Of a stretch of DNA of 64,000 bases, positions 1 through 8,915 are shown piece after piece. How positions within the stretch are numbered: the first letter of the stretch is position 1; every line of letters starts with the position of its first letter. Made by a program: the position numbers and the translations under genes. A model generated the notes under the pieces. The model searched no databases, had not been told where the DNA came from, and saw only the letters and a program-made list of their open reading frames with translations. Origin of the DNA: Verrucomicrobiota bacterium (GTDB lineage Bacteria > Verrucomicrobiota > Verrucomicrobiia > Limisphaerales > UBA9464); NCBI GenBank assembly GCA_046346705.1, contig JAXMHR010000011.1, forward strand, positions 101,812 through 165,811, given 5' to 3'.

Positions 1-1388
1 TCCAGCAGGCTCCGGAGGATTTCATCGAAGTAGTCCGGGATGTAGGGGCCATAGAAGTTCATCACCCGGGGTTCGTACCCGTCGAGGTGGTAGTACTTCC
101 CCGGAATCACGTAGCCGACGTAATCTCCATTGAAGCTGGTGACGGCGGCGGTGAGACCGAGCCGGCAGGCGGCACCTTCCAGGTCCAGGGCAAGTTCCCC
201 GCTGTAGTCGCAGGGAGTGGAGCACCAGACGGCGTCCCGGAGGCGCATCGCCTGGAGAAACGTTCGCGGCGCGAGCGGGGGCAGCAGCAGGCGCGCGGCC
301 CAGGGGCGGAGGCGGAGGGAGTCGGTGACCCGGTTCTGGAGTTCGGGGAGATCGGCCTCGACCGAGGCCTGTCCGAACACAACCACGTTGGTCAGGGAGA
401 TGCCCGGGAGCGCGGCCAGCGTCTCCGCAGCGAGCGCTTCCCCCAATTGGAGCGCACCGTCGTGCCCGCCTTTGGGGGGACGCGGGCTGTGGCTGCCCAC
501 CGGGCCGGCGAGAAACATCGCCATACCCCCGTGCTTCTGTTCCACCGCCCGCTGCCAGGCGCCCGGGTAATCCGCGCTGAACTGCATGACGTCGGCTCCC
601 TGTACGGTGGCGTGTGCGCTGAAACTGCCGATCACGGCGGTGTCGCCGTCCGATTGGCGAATGGAGACCAGGTTGAAGTTGGGATTCACCCGGCCGCGGT
701 CCCCGACCAGGCGATTTCGGACGAACCGTCCGGCGTCGAAGGATCCCGTCCCCAGCGACGCCGGGGTCAGGTCGGCAAGGGCATTCGTGGCGGCGGCGGC
801 GAGGCGTCCGGCAAACCAGATGCGGACTCCGGGATTAAACGGACCCGCAAACGCTTCGCCCACGATACGTTCCCCCCAGCCGCCGAGTCCGCAATGGGTG
901 TGGGTTGCGGCAAAGTACAACTGGTCCCGGCGCAATCCGGTGGCCTGCGCAATCTGGGAAACGGCCGTTTCGGTGACATCGCGGGGCAGAATCAGGGCGT
1001 CCGCCGCAACGACGATTCCAGTGCGTCCCCCGACTTCCAACGCCACCGCCTTGACCCACAGGTCATCGAGGGTTCCGGCGGCGGGTTTTCCATTCCGATT
1101 GCCGTAGCCGGCCAGGGGCAGGGATTTGAACTCACCCCGGACCGGATCCTCTGCGCCAGCGCCCACGGTCGGAGTCAGTCGGGCGCGGCTGAATCCGGCG
1201 CGCAGCGGGGCTTCGACGACCTGGGTTTGCTTGCGCACCTCCGTCAGCCGCTCCCGGGTTGCGCGCCGCCACGGGGCATCCAGATCCGGATCCATCCGAA
1301 CCCCATCGAGGAGGAGGATGCCGAGCGCCTCCGCGAGAATCAGGAGGACGGCGGCACCCAGGGCGGCATTCCGGAAAAGGCGTTTCAT
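1..1388 (-). CDS. neutral/alkaline ceramidase family protein (5' part; 3' end lies outside the window)
   Basis: Absent from the ORF track because it runs off the window. My reverse translation from the ATG at 1388 gives MKRLFRNAALGAAVLLILAE (signal peptide), then GYGNRNGKPAAGTLDDLWVKAVALEVGG, YFAATHTHCGLGGWGE, FSAHATV and SFNGDYVGYVIP. These match recalled conserved blocks of bacterial neutral ceramidases. GC3 is high in this frame. Confidence 0.7.
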   Translation of the reverse strand, partial: MKRLFRNAALGAAVLLILAEALGILLLDGVRMDPDLDAPWRRATRERLTEVRKQTQVVEAPLRAGFSRARLTPTVGAGAEDPVRGEFKSLPLAGYGNRNGKPAAGTLDDLWVKAVALEVGGRTGIVVAADALILPRDVTETAVSQIAQATGLRRDQLYFAATHTHCGLGGWGERIVGEAFAGPFNPGVRIWFAGRLAAAATNALADLTPASLGTGSFDAGRFVRNRLVGDRGRVNPNFNLVSIRQSDGDTAVIGSFSAHATVQGADVMQFSADYPGAWQRAVEQKHGGMAMFLAGPVGSHSPRPPKGGHDGALQLGEALAAETLAALPGISLTNVVVFGQASVEADLPELQNRVTDSLRLRPWAARLLLPPLAPRTFLQAMRLRDAVWCSTPCDYSGELALDLEGAACRLGLTAAVTSFNGDYVGYVIPGKYYHLDGYEPRVMNFYGPYIPDYFDEILRSLL

Positions 1389-1746
1389 GGCGGGCTCAAG
1401 GACGAACGCTCCGGGTTTGGGCGGCGATTCACAAGCCGGAGCCGCCGCAATCTCCGGCGATCTGGGGGGCGCAAAGGGGGGCCGGATTTCCGTTCGGAAC
1501 GGCGCGGGACCGTCTGAAAAAAGTTTTTGAACAGATGGGAGGGATGGCCAGTCACTAAGAACGTTGGGTGGAGCTTGCTCCGAGAGGATCGTGATCGAGA
1601 GACCGTGGCCCTCTTGTGCGGCAAGCGCATAGGTTGGAGGGGTGGTGCTGGGGAGCATCGCCCCTCCTTTTTTATGGTTCCCTGGACCTCCGCGGGTATG
1701 GACGCGGCGTTGACCGGCGGAAGGGGGGGACGGCAGGGTTCGCGGC

Positions 1747-3051
1747 ATGAAATCCACGGGTTCCCTCGCGTCCTTTGTTTTGCTTTTGGCGGCCGCGGTC
1801 GGGCCTGGTTCCGGTCCAGCGGTCAGGGCGGCGGACTTCTCGGCGGAGGCGGCCGCAACGCGGACCCTGCTTCGGGATCGCGTGCTGCCCTACTGGTACG
1901 ATACCGGGGTGGACTGGGCGCGCGGAGGATATGTCCTGTGTGACGACGCCGTGAAGGGCCGGTGCACCCCCGACGAGAAGCAGTTGGTGACTCAGGCTCG
2001 CATGGTCTGGGGGTTCTCCCATGCCCGGCGGCACGGACTGGACGGGGGAGCCCGGGATTATCTGACGGCCGCCGCGCAGGGGGTGAAATTCCTCCAGGAG
2101 AAAATGCGCGACCCGGAAAACGGAGGCTACTACTGGTCGGTGGCGCTCGACGGAGCGCCCAAGGACACCCGGAAGCGATTATACGGGGAGGCCTTTGTCA
2201 TCTACGCATTGGTCGAATACCACCGCGTCAGTGGGGATTCGGTGGCGTTGTCAGCGGCCATGGATCTTTTCCGGGTGATTCAATCCCGCGCCCATGATGC
2301 CTCCCACCGCGGCTGGACGGAGCATTTTGAGCGGAATTGGGCGCCGCTGCCCCTCCGGCATCCGGATGCCATCGTCGAGGTCGCCGGCCTCAAGAGCGCC
2401 AACACCCATCTGCACCTGATGGAGGCATTGACGGAACTGTACCGGGAGACCCGGGACCCCGCCGTGCGAAGCGCCCTGGAGGAGGCGCTGGAACTGAACC
2501 AGCGCTACTTTTATCCGCTCGAGGCCAGCCGTGCGGCGTTTCATTTTCGCCCGGACTGGACCGTGGTGACCGAGCCGGGCAGCACGGGATTGAGCTATGG
2601 CCACAACGTCGAATTTGCCTGGCTGATGATTGAGGCGGAACGAGTCCTTGGGCGAAGTCCCTCCTGGTCGCACTTTCACAATCATCTGGAACACGCCCTG
2701 CGATATGGGACGGATGCCGTCCGCGGGGGCACCTACAACCGGGGCATGACGGATCAACCGGCGACGGACACCAACAAGGTCTGGTGGGTCCAGGCCGAGA
2801 TGTTTCCGGCGCTGACCTACGGACTTCAGAATCGTCCGGGCGCCGCCGCCTACTCCGACGCCCTGGCGAAACTCATCCTGTGGTGCCAATCGAAGCAGAC
2901 GGATCCCAAGAGCGGCATCTGGATGGACACGGTCTCCGCGGAAGGGGCGCCCAAGGCGACGGGCCTGGCCCACAATTGGAAGGCCAACTATCACGATGTC
3001 CGGGGGCTGATGATCTTTTGCGACGCCTACGGACCGGTTGGACGGAAATGA
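1747..3051 (+). CDS. AGE-family (N-acylglucosamine 2-epimerase / cellobiose 2-epimerase-like) protein with signal peptide
   Basis: Track ORF 1747..3051. Signal peptide MKSTGSLASFVLLLAAAVGPGSG. Blocks VLPYWYD, QLVTQARMVWGFS, GGYYWSV, YGEAFVIYALVEY, NTHLHLMEAL, GHNVEFAWL and WWVQAE are typical of the (alpha/alpha)6 AGE fold. Confidence 0.75.
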   Translation: MKSTGSLASFVLLLAAAVGPGSGPAVRAADFSAEAAATRTLLRDRVLPYWYDTGVDWARGGYVLCDDAVKGRCTPDEKQLVTQARMVWGFSHARRHGLDGGARDYLTAAAQGVKFLQEKMRDPENGGYYWSVALDGAPKDTRKRLYGEAFVIYALVEYHRVSGDSVALSAAMDLFRVIQSRAHDASHRGWTEHFERNWAPLPLRHPDAIVEVAGLKSANTHLHLMEALTELYRETRDPAVRSALEEALELNQRYFYPLEASRAAFHFRPDWTVVTEPGSTGLSYGHNVEFAWLMIEAERVLGRSPSWSHFHNHLEHALRYGTDAVRGGTYNRGMTDQPATDTNKVWWVQAEMFPALTYGLQNRPGAAAYSDALAKLILWCQSKQTDPKSGIWMDTVSAEGAPKATGLAHNWKANYHDVRGLMIFCDAYGPVGRK

Positions 3052-3106
3052 GCGTCCCCCTCGTTTGGAATTCTAAAACCGGGGCTTTCCCTCTTCACTG
3101 CGCCCC

Positions 3107-3826
3107 GTGCTGACACCCAGGAACTGGCGAGTGGAGTCCGTGGCCCGGTTGCTCCTCGCCCTGACCACGTCCTGGCTGGTGGCGGGTTCGCTGGCGGTGG
3201 GATTGTCGGCGGCGTGGAAGGAGCGCGGCGGACAATTCCCCCCGGTGGCCATGTTGGCGATCACAGGATTGGGTTTTCACGGAGTCGGACTCGTGCTCGT
3301 CGGGCGCTTCCTGCGCTGGGAGAAGCGCACGTGGCAGGAGGCGTTCGGCCTCGGCCGGGGAACCGGGTCCGCCCTTCGACTCTCCTTCGGACTCACCTGC
3401 CTGGCGGGTCCTGCGGTGTACGGACTCCATCAAGTGTCCGCCCTGTTGCTGGAGCGTTTGGGGTGGCCTCCTTCCCCTCAGGATTCGGTGGAATTGTTGA
3501 TCCGTTCCGATTGGACGGTCCGACTGGTGATCGCCCTCTTCGCCGTCGTGTTGGCGCCGGTTGTGGAGGAACTCGTCTTCCGGGGAATCCTGTTTCCGGC
3601 GCTTCGGGATGCGGGCTGGCCCCGCGCCGCAATGGCGGTGGCTTCCCTGGGGTTCGGCCTCATCCACGGCAATGCGGCTGCCTTCCTGCCGCTGTCCGCA
3701 TTGGGTGGATTCCTCGCCTGGCTCTACCTGCGGACGGGAAACCTTTGGGCGCCGATCCTGGCGCACTTCCTCTTCAATCTCGTCCCGTTCGTCCTGATTG
3801 CGGCCGGGGTGAACTTCGGCCGCTGA
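3107..3826 (+). CDS. CPBP family intramembrane glutamic endopeptidase (CAAX/Abi-like)
   Basis: Motifs EELVFRG, FGLIHGN and HFLFN plus several hydrophobic helices. GTG start. Confidence 0.8.
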   Translation: MLTPRNWRVESVARLLLALTTSWLVAGSLAVGLSAAWKERGGQFPPVAMLAITGLGFHGVGLVLVGRFLRWEKRTWQEAFGLGRGTGSALRLSFGLTCLAGPAVYGLHQVSALLLERLGWPPSPQDSVELLIRSDWTVRLVIALFAVVLAPVVEELVFRGILFPALRDAGWPRAAMAVASLGFGLIHGNAAAFLPLSALGGFLAWLYLRTGNLWAPILAHFLFNLVPFVLIAAGVNFGR

Positions 3827-4649
3827 AGCGTTCTCTGTTCGAGCGTGGGCCGGGACTGGGCGTCAGGGATCGCGCGCGCAACGGGACAGGCAGGAGGCGG
3901 GGTCCCATGCAGGCATAGGCGGTGTGGAACCGGGTTCCGCGCGCCCGGGATCCCAGAAAGGCATCCCGTCCTACGAGGCAGCCCGACGCCCATTCCGAAA
4001 AGGCCGGCAGGAGCAGCGTGTCATTGGACAGCAGGTGGCAGGGAACGCGGACCCGGGTGAGCATGCCGTCTCCGAGTTCCATCGCTGGATGTTCATGTCC
4101 GAGGACGGTGAACGGTGCGTCGCCCGCCAAGGCGAATTTGCCTGAGGGCTCGTGAGAATCATCCCCGTGGCAAAGATGGAAGCCTCCCACCGGAAGGGTT
4201 CCAACGATTCGAATCGGCAGGCGCCACTCGTTGACCAGCGTGCCCAGTCCGCGGTCATGGTTGCCGGCGCACAGGACCAATTCCCGTTCCGTCAAGGAGG
4301 CGCAAAATTCCTCCAACACCGGACGCAAGGCGTCGAGCGCCACGGCGCGGTGGATGAGATCCCCGAGAATGGCAACGGTGCGCGGCTGATAGTCCGCGCA
4401 GAGTTCCGCGAGTCGGGTTGCGGTGGTGTCGGGAGTTTCGACGGGGAGGAGGAGTCCCCGCGAGCGCTGGGCCCAGGCGTATCCGAGATGCAGGTCCGCG
4501 ACCGCGAGCACGGAGGCGGATTCGAGAAACGCGGCTCGTCGTGCGTCGAGGGTCCATCCGCATTCCAGCCGGATCCGCTGGGGCTTGGGCGTCCGTGGTG
4601 CGGACTTATCCTCCAAGTTCGGTGATCCGGTCGCAGACATGGGCGGCAA
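3774..4649 (-). CDS. PdeM-like ligase-associated metallophosphoesterase
   Basis: Motifs ADLHLGY, ILGDLIHR, AGNHDRG, LCHGDD, LGHEHPA and LLLPAFSEWASG follow the PdeM/calcineurin-like phosphoesterase pattern. The start is uncertain because it overlaps the lhgO stop by 44 nt. Confidence 0.65.
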   Translation of the reverse strand: MPPMSATGSPNLEDKSAPRTPKPQRIRLECGWTLDARRAAFLESASVLAVADLHLGYAWAQRSRGLLLPVETPDTTATRLAELCADYQPRTVAILGDLIHRAVALDALRPVLEEFCASLTERELVLCAGNHDRGLGTLVNEWRLPIRIVGTLPVGGFHLCHGDDSHEPSGKFALAGDAPFTVLGHEHPAMELGDGMLTRVRVPCHLLSNDTLLLPAFSEWASGCLVGRDAFLGSRARGTRFHTAYACMGPRLLPVPLRARSLTPSPGPRSNRERFSGRSSPRPQSGRTGRD

Positions 4650-5814
4650 AGGGCAGGGAACAGGTCCACGCCGGGCTGACCGCGTTCAGGACATGCATCG
4701 AGCGGGCGTCGCCCTCGAGGACGAAGTCCATTTCGAGCTTCCGTGTGCGCAGGTGGATGAGTTGGGCGCGGATTCCGGGTCGGCCCCAGTCGCGGTAATC
4801 CTCGGTGCGGACCCCCGTGGCCAATTCCCCGGCGAGCGACACCAGATGGGGGCGGGAGTACTTGCGGAGTTCCTCGACGGCGAGACGCCGGAAGTCGAAT
4901 CCCGCGGAGAAGAACAACCCGAGGTCGCGCCAGGCGATTTCGACAAACTCCGCCGGGTCGAAGCGGTCCACGCCGGTGTACTGCTCGCGCCAGAAGGCGG
5001 GAATGGCGGTCGGGCCGATCTTGGCATGGCCATCCACCGTCACGGTGAAATGGACTCCAAGAAACGGATTCCGGAGGTCGGGAACGGGATAGATGTTGGT
5101 CCGGAATCCCGGGCCGGATTCCGAGCTGTAGAGGTAGAGGCCCTTGAAGGGGAGGATCCGGTAGTCCTGGGAGAATCCGAAATCGAGTGCGACGCGGTCG
5201 GCGTAGAGTCCCGCGCAGTTGACGACATAGCCCGCGTCCACCAGTCCGGCGGCGGAGTGGATCGTATCTCCGACGCGTCCAAGGTAGGCGGCGCCGGCCA
5301 GGACGCGGACACCCTCCCGACGGGCGTCGTCTCGCATCGCGGCGATGACCGCCGAGGGATCGGCGGTGGCGGTATCCGGCGACCAAAGGGCGCGTCCGCA
5401 TGTCTTCACCCGGGGCTCAATGCGGCGGGCTTCCTCCGCGGAAACCGGCTGCAGGCGGACGCCGTTGCGCGTGCCCCGGCGGAGCAATTCATCCAGCTGC
5501 GGGTGGTCTGCTTCGGAACGCGCGACCACCAGTTTGCCGCACGGGTTCAGCGCCAGTCCGCGCGACGTGATGTAGTCGCGGAGGGCGCGGTTGCCGTCAC
5601 GGCAGAAGCGCGCCTTCAGGGAGTCGGCGGAATAATAGAACCCCGCGTGCAGGACCCCGCTGTTGCGTCCACTGGCGTGCTGGCCGAGTTCCGGTTCCTT
5701 CTCGAGAAGGGTGACGGAGCGTCCGGGGTGGCGGCGCCGCAGTTCCCGGGCGACGCAGACACCGATGATGCCCCCGCCGATGACGAGGTAGTCGGTGGAG
5801 GGAAGGCGGGACAT
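4606..5814 (-). CDS. lhgO: L-2-hydroxyglutarate oxidase (FAD-dependent)
   Basis: The N-terminus DYLVIGGGIIGVCVARELRRR...LLEKE...HASGRNSGVLHAGFYYSADSLKARFCRDG is the LhgO signature. Length is 402 aa. Confidence 0.85.
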   Translation of the reverse strand: MSRLPSTDYLVIGGGIIGVCVARELRRRHPGRSVTLLEKEPELGQHASGRNSGVLHAGFYYSADSLKARFCRDGNRALRDYITSRGLALNPCGKLVVARSEADHPQLDELLRRGTRNGVRLQPVSAEEARRIEPRVKTCGRALWSPDTATADPSAVIAAMRDDARREGVRVLAGAAYLGRVGDTIHSAAGLVDAGYVVNCAGLYADRVALDFGFSQDYRILPFKGLYLYSSESGPGFRTNIYPVPDLRNPFLGVHFTVTVDGHAKIGPTAIPAFWREQYTGVDRFDPAEFVEIAWRDLGLFFSAGFDFRRLAVEELRKYSRPHLVSLAGELATGVRTEDYRDWGRPGIRAQLIHLRTRKLEMDFVLEGDARSMHVLNAVSPAWTCSLPFAAHVCDRITELGG

Positions 5815-5858
5815 GGCGGTCGGTCAGGCAGTGCAGATCTTCCGGTCCAACCCCGGGA

Positions 5859-6635
5859 TCACCATTTCTTCCAGGGGGCCTCCCCCTTCTGCCACATGCG
5901 CTCGAGGAGTTGCTGTTCCCGGTAGGTATCCATGCACTGCCAGAATCCGTCGTGGGCAAACGCCTTGAGCTGTCCCTCGCGGGCCAGTCGTTCCATGGGG
6001 CCGCGCTCGAAAATGCACTGGTCCCCGCCCTCGAGGTATTCCCCCACCCGGCGGTTAAGGACCATGAAGCCCCCGCTGATGTAGGCGGATTCTTGTTCGG
6101 GCTTTTCCCGGAAGGCGGTGATGGTCTTGCCGTCCATCGCCAGTTCGCCGAAGCGTCCGGTGGGTTTCACGGCAGTGACCGTGGCGATGGCTCCGTGGGA
6201 CCGGTGGAACTCGACGGCGCCATTCAGATTCGCATCCGTGACGCCGTCGCCGTAGGTGAAGAGAAAGGTGTCGTCGTGAATGTGCGCCAGGGCGCGCCGG
6301 AGGCGGCCGCCGGTCTGGGTCTCCAGGCCGGTTTCGAGGAGCGTCACCGTCCAGTCCTCCTCATCATGCGTGCTGTGGTACTGGATCTTCGGCTGGCGTC
6401 CCAGCTTCAGGGTGACGTCCGAAGTGTTCCACAGGTAGTTGCGGAAGTATTCCTTGATGACCTCGCCCTTGTAGCCGAGGCACAGGATGAACTCCTTGTG
6501 ACCGGCCGCGGCGTACAGCTTCATGATATGCCACAGGATGGGGCGGCCCCCGACGGGCACCATGGGCTTGGGACGGTATTCGGTCTCCTCACGCAGGCGC
6601 GTGCCCAGACCACCGCACAGGATGACGACTTTCAT
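5859..6635 (-). CDS. rfbF: glucose-1-phosphate cytidylyltransferase
   Basis: I chose the internal start MKVVILCGGLGTRLREETEYRPKPMVPVGGRPILWHIMKLYAAAGHKEFILCLGYKG, giving 258 aa, which is typical RfbF length and sequence. The upstream extension of track ORF 5859..7109 is Arg/Pro-rich and overlaps repeat element A. Confidence 0.9.
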   Translation of the reverse strand: MKVVILCGGLGTRLREETEYRPKPMVPVGGRPILWHIMKLYAAAGHKEFILCLGYKGEVIKEYFRNYLWNTSDVTLKLGRQPKIQYHSTHDEEDWTVTLLETGLETQTGGRLRRALAHIHDDTFLFTYGDGVTDANLNGAVEFHRSHGAIATVTAVKPTGRFGELAMDGKTITAFREKPEQESAYISGGFMVLNRRVGEYLEGGDQCIFERGPMERLAREGQLKAFAHDGFWQCMDTYREQQLLERMWQKGEAPWKKW

Positions 6636-6697
6636 CAGCGAATGAGGGCGGGACTTTATCGGAAGCCGGAGGGCAGGCGAAGGAAAAGGGGAGCTCG

Positions 6698-6802
6698 CGT
6701 TCGTAGTCCAGGCTTCAGCCTGCTCCCGTGCATACCGCAGAGCGCCTGGCGTCGCGCCCCTCACCCACGTTCCCGGACAGCCTGAAGGCCGCACTACGAA
6801 CG
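6698..6802. repeat. palindromic intergenic repeat element, copy A
   Basis: Left arm CGTTCGTAGTCCAGGCTTCAGCCTG and right arm CAGCCTGAAGGCCGCACTACGAACG are near-complementary around a variable core. Lies in the rfbF/trpS divergent intergenic region. Confidence 0.8.
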
Positions 6803-6872
6803 GGACGTCTTCACACCCCTTCGGACGGGCATCCGCTTGCCTTGCGGGGGCGGGGTTTCGCATGGTCTCCGG

Positions 6873-7856
6873 ATGCGCATTCTTACCGGCATCCAGCCGA
6901 GTGGTGTCCTTCACCTGGGCAACTACTTCGGCGCGATGCTTCCAGCCATCGAACTCCAGCATCAGGGGGACGCGTACTATTTCATCGCGGACTACCACTC
7001 CATGACGTCGCTGACGGACCCGGTGCGGCGTCGCGAGTATTCCCGGGATGTCGCCCTCGACTTCCTCGCCTGCGGACTGGACCCCAAACGTTGTGTGTTC
7101 TGGAGGCAAAGCGATGTGCCGTCCGTGACGGAATTGGCGTGGATGCTGAGCACGGTAACCCCGATGGGTCTATTGGAACGGGCGACCAGCTACAAAGATA
7201 AGATGGCCAACCTGGCCGAGGGCGACATCGAGAAGGTCAACCACGGTCTCTTTGCGTACCCGGTTCTCATGGCGGCCGACATCCTCCTGTTTGACTCGAA
7301 TGTGGTGCCCGTGGGGCGGGATCAGAAGCAGCACCTGGAAATGACCCGGGACATCGCGGGCAAGTTCAACACGCTCTATGGGGAGGTGTTCGTGATCCCG
7401 GAACCGCGCATTCGGGAGGCGGTCGCGGTCGTCCCCGGAACCGACGGCCGCAAGATGAGCAAGAGCTACGGCAATACGATTGAGATCTTCACCGACGAGA
7501 AATCGCTGAAGAAAAAGATCATGGCCATCAAGACGGACAGCCGCCTGCCGGCCGAACCCAAGCCGGATGCCGACCAGAACATCGCCATCCAGCTGCTGAA
7601 GCTCGTTGCGCCGGCGGACGTGGCGTCCGATTTGGAAAACCGCCTGCGGGCCGGAGGCACCGGGTACGGGGATGTGAAGAAGGCATTGCTGGAGCATTGC
7701 TGGACTTACTTTGGCGCCGCCCGGCAGCGTCGTGCGGAGTTGGCGGCTGATCCCGGTTACGTGGAGTCGGTGCTGGCCGACGGCGCCGCCCGGGCGGAGG
7801 CGGTGGCATCCCGGGTCATTGCGCGGGCCCGGGCGGCATGCGGATTGGGGAAATGA
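6873..7856 (+). CDS. trpS: tryptophan--tRNA ligase
   Basis: Internal start MRILTGIQPSGVLHLGNYFGA (HIGH-type motif), KMSKSYGN (KMSKS motif), 327 aa. Confidence 0.92.
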   Translation: MRILTGIQPSGVLHLGNYFGAMLPAIELQHQGDAYYFIADYHSMTSLTDPVRRREYSRDVALDFLACGLDPKRCVFWRQSDVPSVTELAWMLSTVTPMGLLERATSYKDKMANLAEGDIEKVNHGLFAYPVLMAADILLFDSNVVPVGRDQKQHLEMTRDIAGKFNTLYGEVFVIPEPRIREAVAVVPGTDGRKMSKSYGNTIEIFTDEKSLKKKIMAIKTDSRLPAEPKPDADQNIAIQLLKLVAPADVASDLENRLRAGGTGYGDVKKALLEHCWTYFGAARQRRAELAADPGYVESVLADGAARAEAVASRVIARARAACGLGK

Positions 7857-7936
7857 TCCGACGCTGGGAGCGGGATACCGCATTCGTTTCCGGGGATTCC
7901 CATTGCCCCTGAACGGAGGACAGGTATGTCCGGGGT

Positions 7937-8881
7937 GTGCGCATGTGGTTTCTTCGCCTGATTGCCTGCCTGGTTCTCTGCGGATTCGTGAGCCGAGGCC
8001 AGTCGCTGGCGGAGCGTCTGGGCTATGGCCCCGGCGACCGGTTGCTGATCATCAATGGGGATGACACCGGGATGTGCCACACGGCGAACCTGGCGACGAC
8101 GGAGGCGATGGAGAAAGGACTGCTCACCGGGGCGACGATCATGGTTCCGTGTCCTTGGTTCCCGGAGATCGTGGATTACGCGAAGGCGCATCCGGAGAAG
8201 GATTTTGGCATTCACCTCGTGCAGACCTCGGAGTGGATCCGTTATCGGTGGGGCTCCGTGGCGCCGAGGGATCAGGTTCCGGGGCTTTTGGATCCGGACG
8301 GCTACTTCTGGCACGAGACGCCGCAGGTGTACGCCAAGGCAACTCCGGCGGAGGCGTTGATCGAGGCGAGGGCGCAAATCCGGAAGGCACTCGCGGCGGG
8401 CATCGACGTCACCCACCTGGATTCCCACATGGGCGTGATGCAATATCTGCCTGCCTACCTGGAGGCCTATCTCCAGTTGGCGGCCGAGTTCGACCTGCCC
8501 GTGCGCATGGCGTCCCAGGCGGATATGGCGGCGGGCGGACAACCCGGCATGCGGGCACGGTTTGCGGCGAAGGGTATTCTCATCCCAGACGACTTCGTTT
8601 ACGACGTAAAGTACGACGGTCCGGAAGGAGTGAAGGCGCAGTGGATGAAACGGCTCGCGGAGCTCAAGCCGGGTGTGACGGAAATCTTCATCCACGCCGG
8701 GCGTCCAACGGAGGAGCTGAAGGCGATCACCGGAAGCTGGGCCGTGCGGTCCGCGGAGTTCGATACGTTCACGACCGATCCCGAGATCCGAGCGCTGCTG
8801 GAGCGGCAGGGAATTCGTCGCGTCGGCTATCGCGCCATCCGCGATCTCCAACGAAAACTGCGGACCAGCAGCGGGAAATGA
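7937..8881 (+). CDS. ChbG/YdjC-family carbohydrate deacetylase with signal peptide
   Basis: LIINGDDTGMCHTANLATTEAMEKGLLTGATIMV and THLDSHMGV are YdjC-family motifs. The N-terminus is a hydrophobic signal peptide. Confidence 0.75.
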   Translation: MRMWFLRLIACLVLCGFVSRGQSLAERLGYGPGDRLLIINGDDTGMCHTANLATTEAMEKGLLTGATIMVPCPWFPEIVDYAKAHPEKDFGIHLVQTSEWIRYRWGSVAPRDQVPGLLDPDGYFWHETPQVYAKATPAEALIEARAQIRKALAAGIDVTHLDSHMGVMQYLPAYLEAYLQLAAEFDLPVRMASQADMAAGGQPGMRARFAAKGILIPDDFVYDVKYDGPEGVKAQWMKRLAELKPGVTEIFIHAGRPTEELKAITGSWAVRSAEFDTFTTDPEIRALLERQGIRRVGYRAIRDLQRKLRTSSGK

Positions 8882-8915
8882 GTTCCGGGAAGGGGTTTTG
8901 ATGCCCCGAGGGCGG

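Noticed and set aside
87-1517. 476-aa + strand track ORF covering the start of the window
   Set aside because: It is antisense to a frame that translates into recognisable neutral-ceramidase blocks. Its own translation is Arg/Gly/Pro-rich low-complexity, typical of off-frame reading in high-GC DNA.
5859-7109. N-terminal extensions of track ORFs (rfbF 416 aa, trpS, hemB, folA, accA, argH, DLH, LysR, rpoZ, rsfS, PIG-L, PEP-CTERM and others)
   Set aside because: Family-typical N-termini or signal peptides begin at internal Met codons. The extensions are Arg/Pro-rich and often overlap repeats, the tRNA or neighbouring genes.
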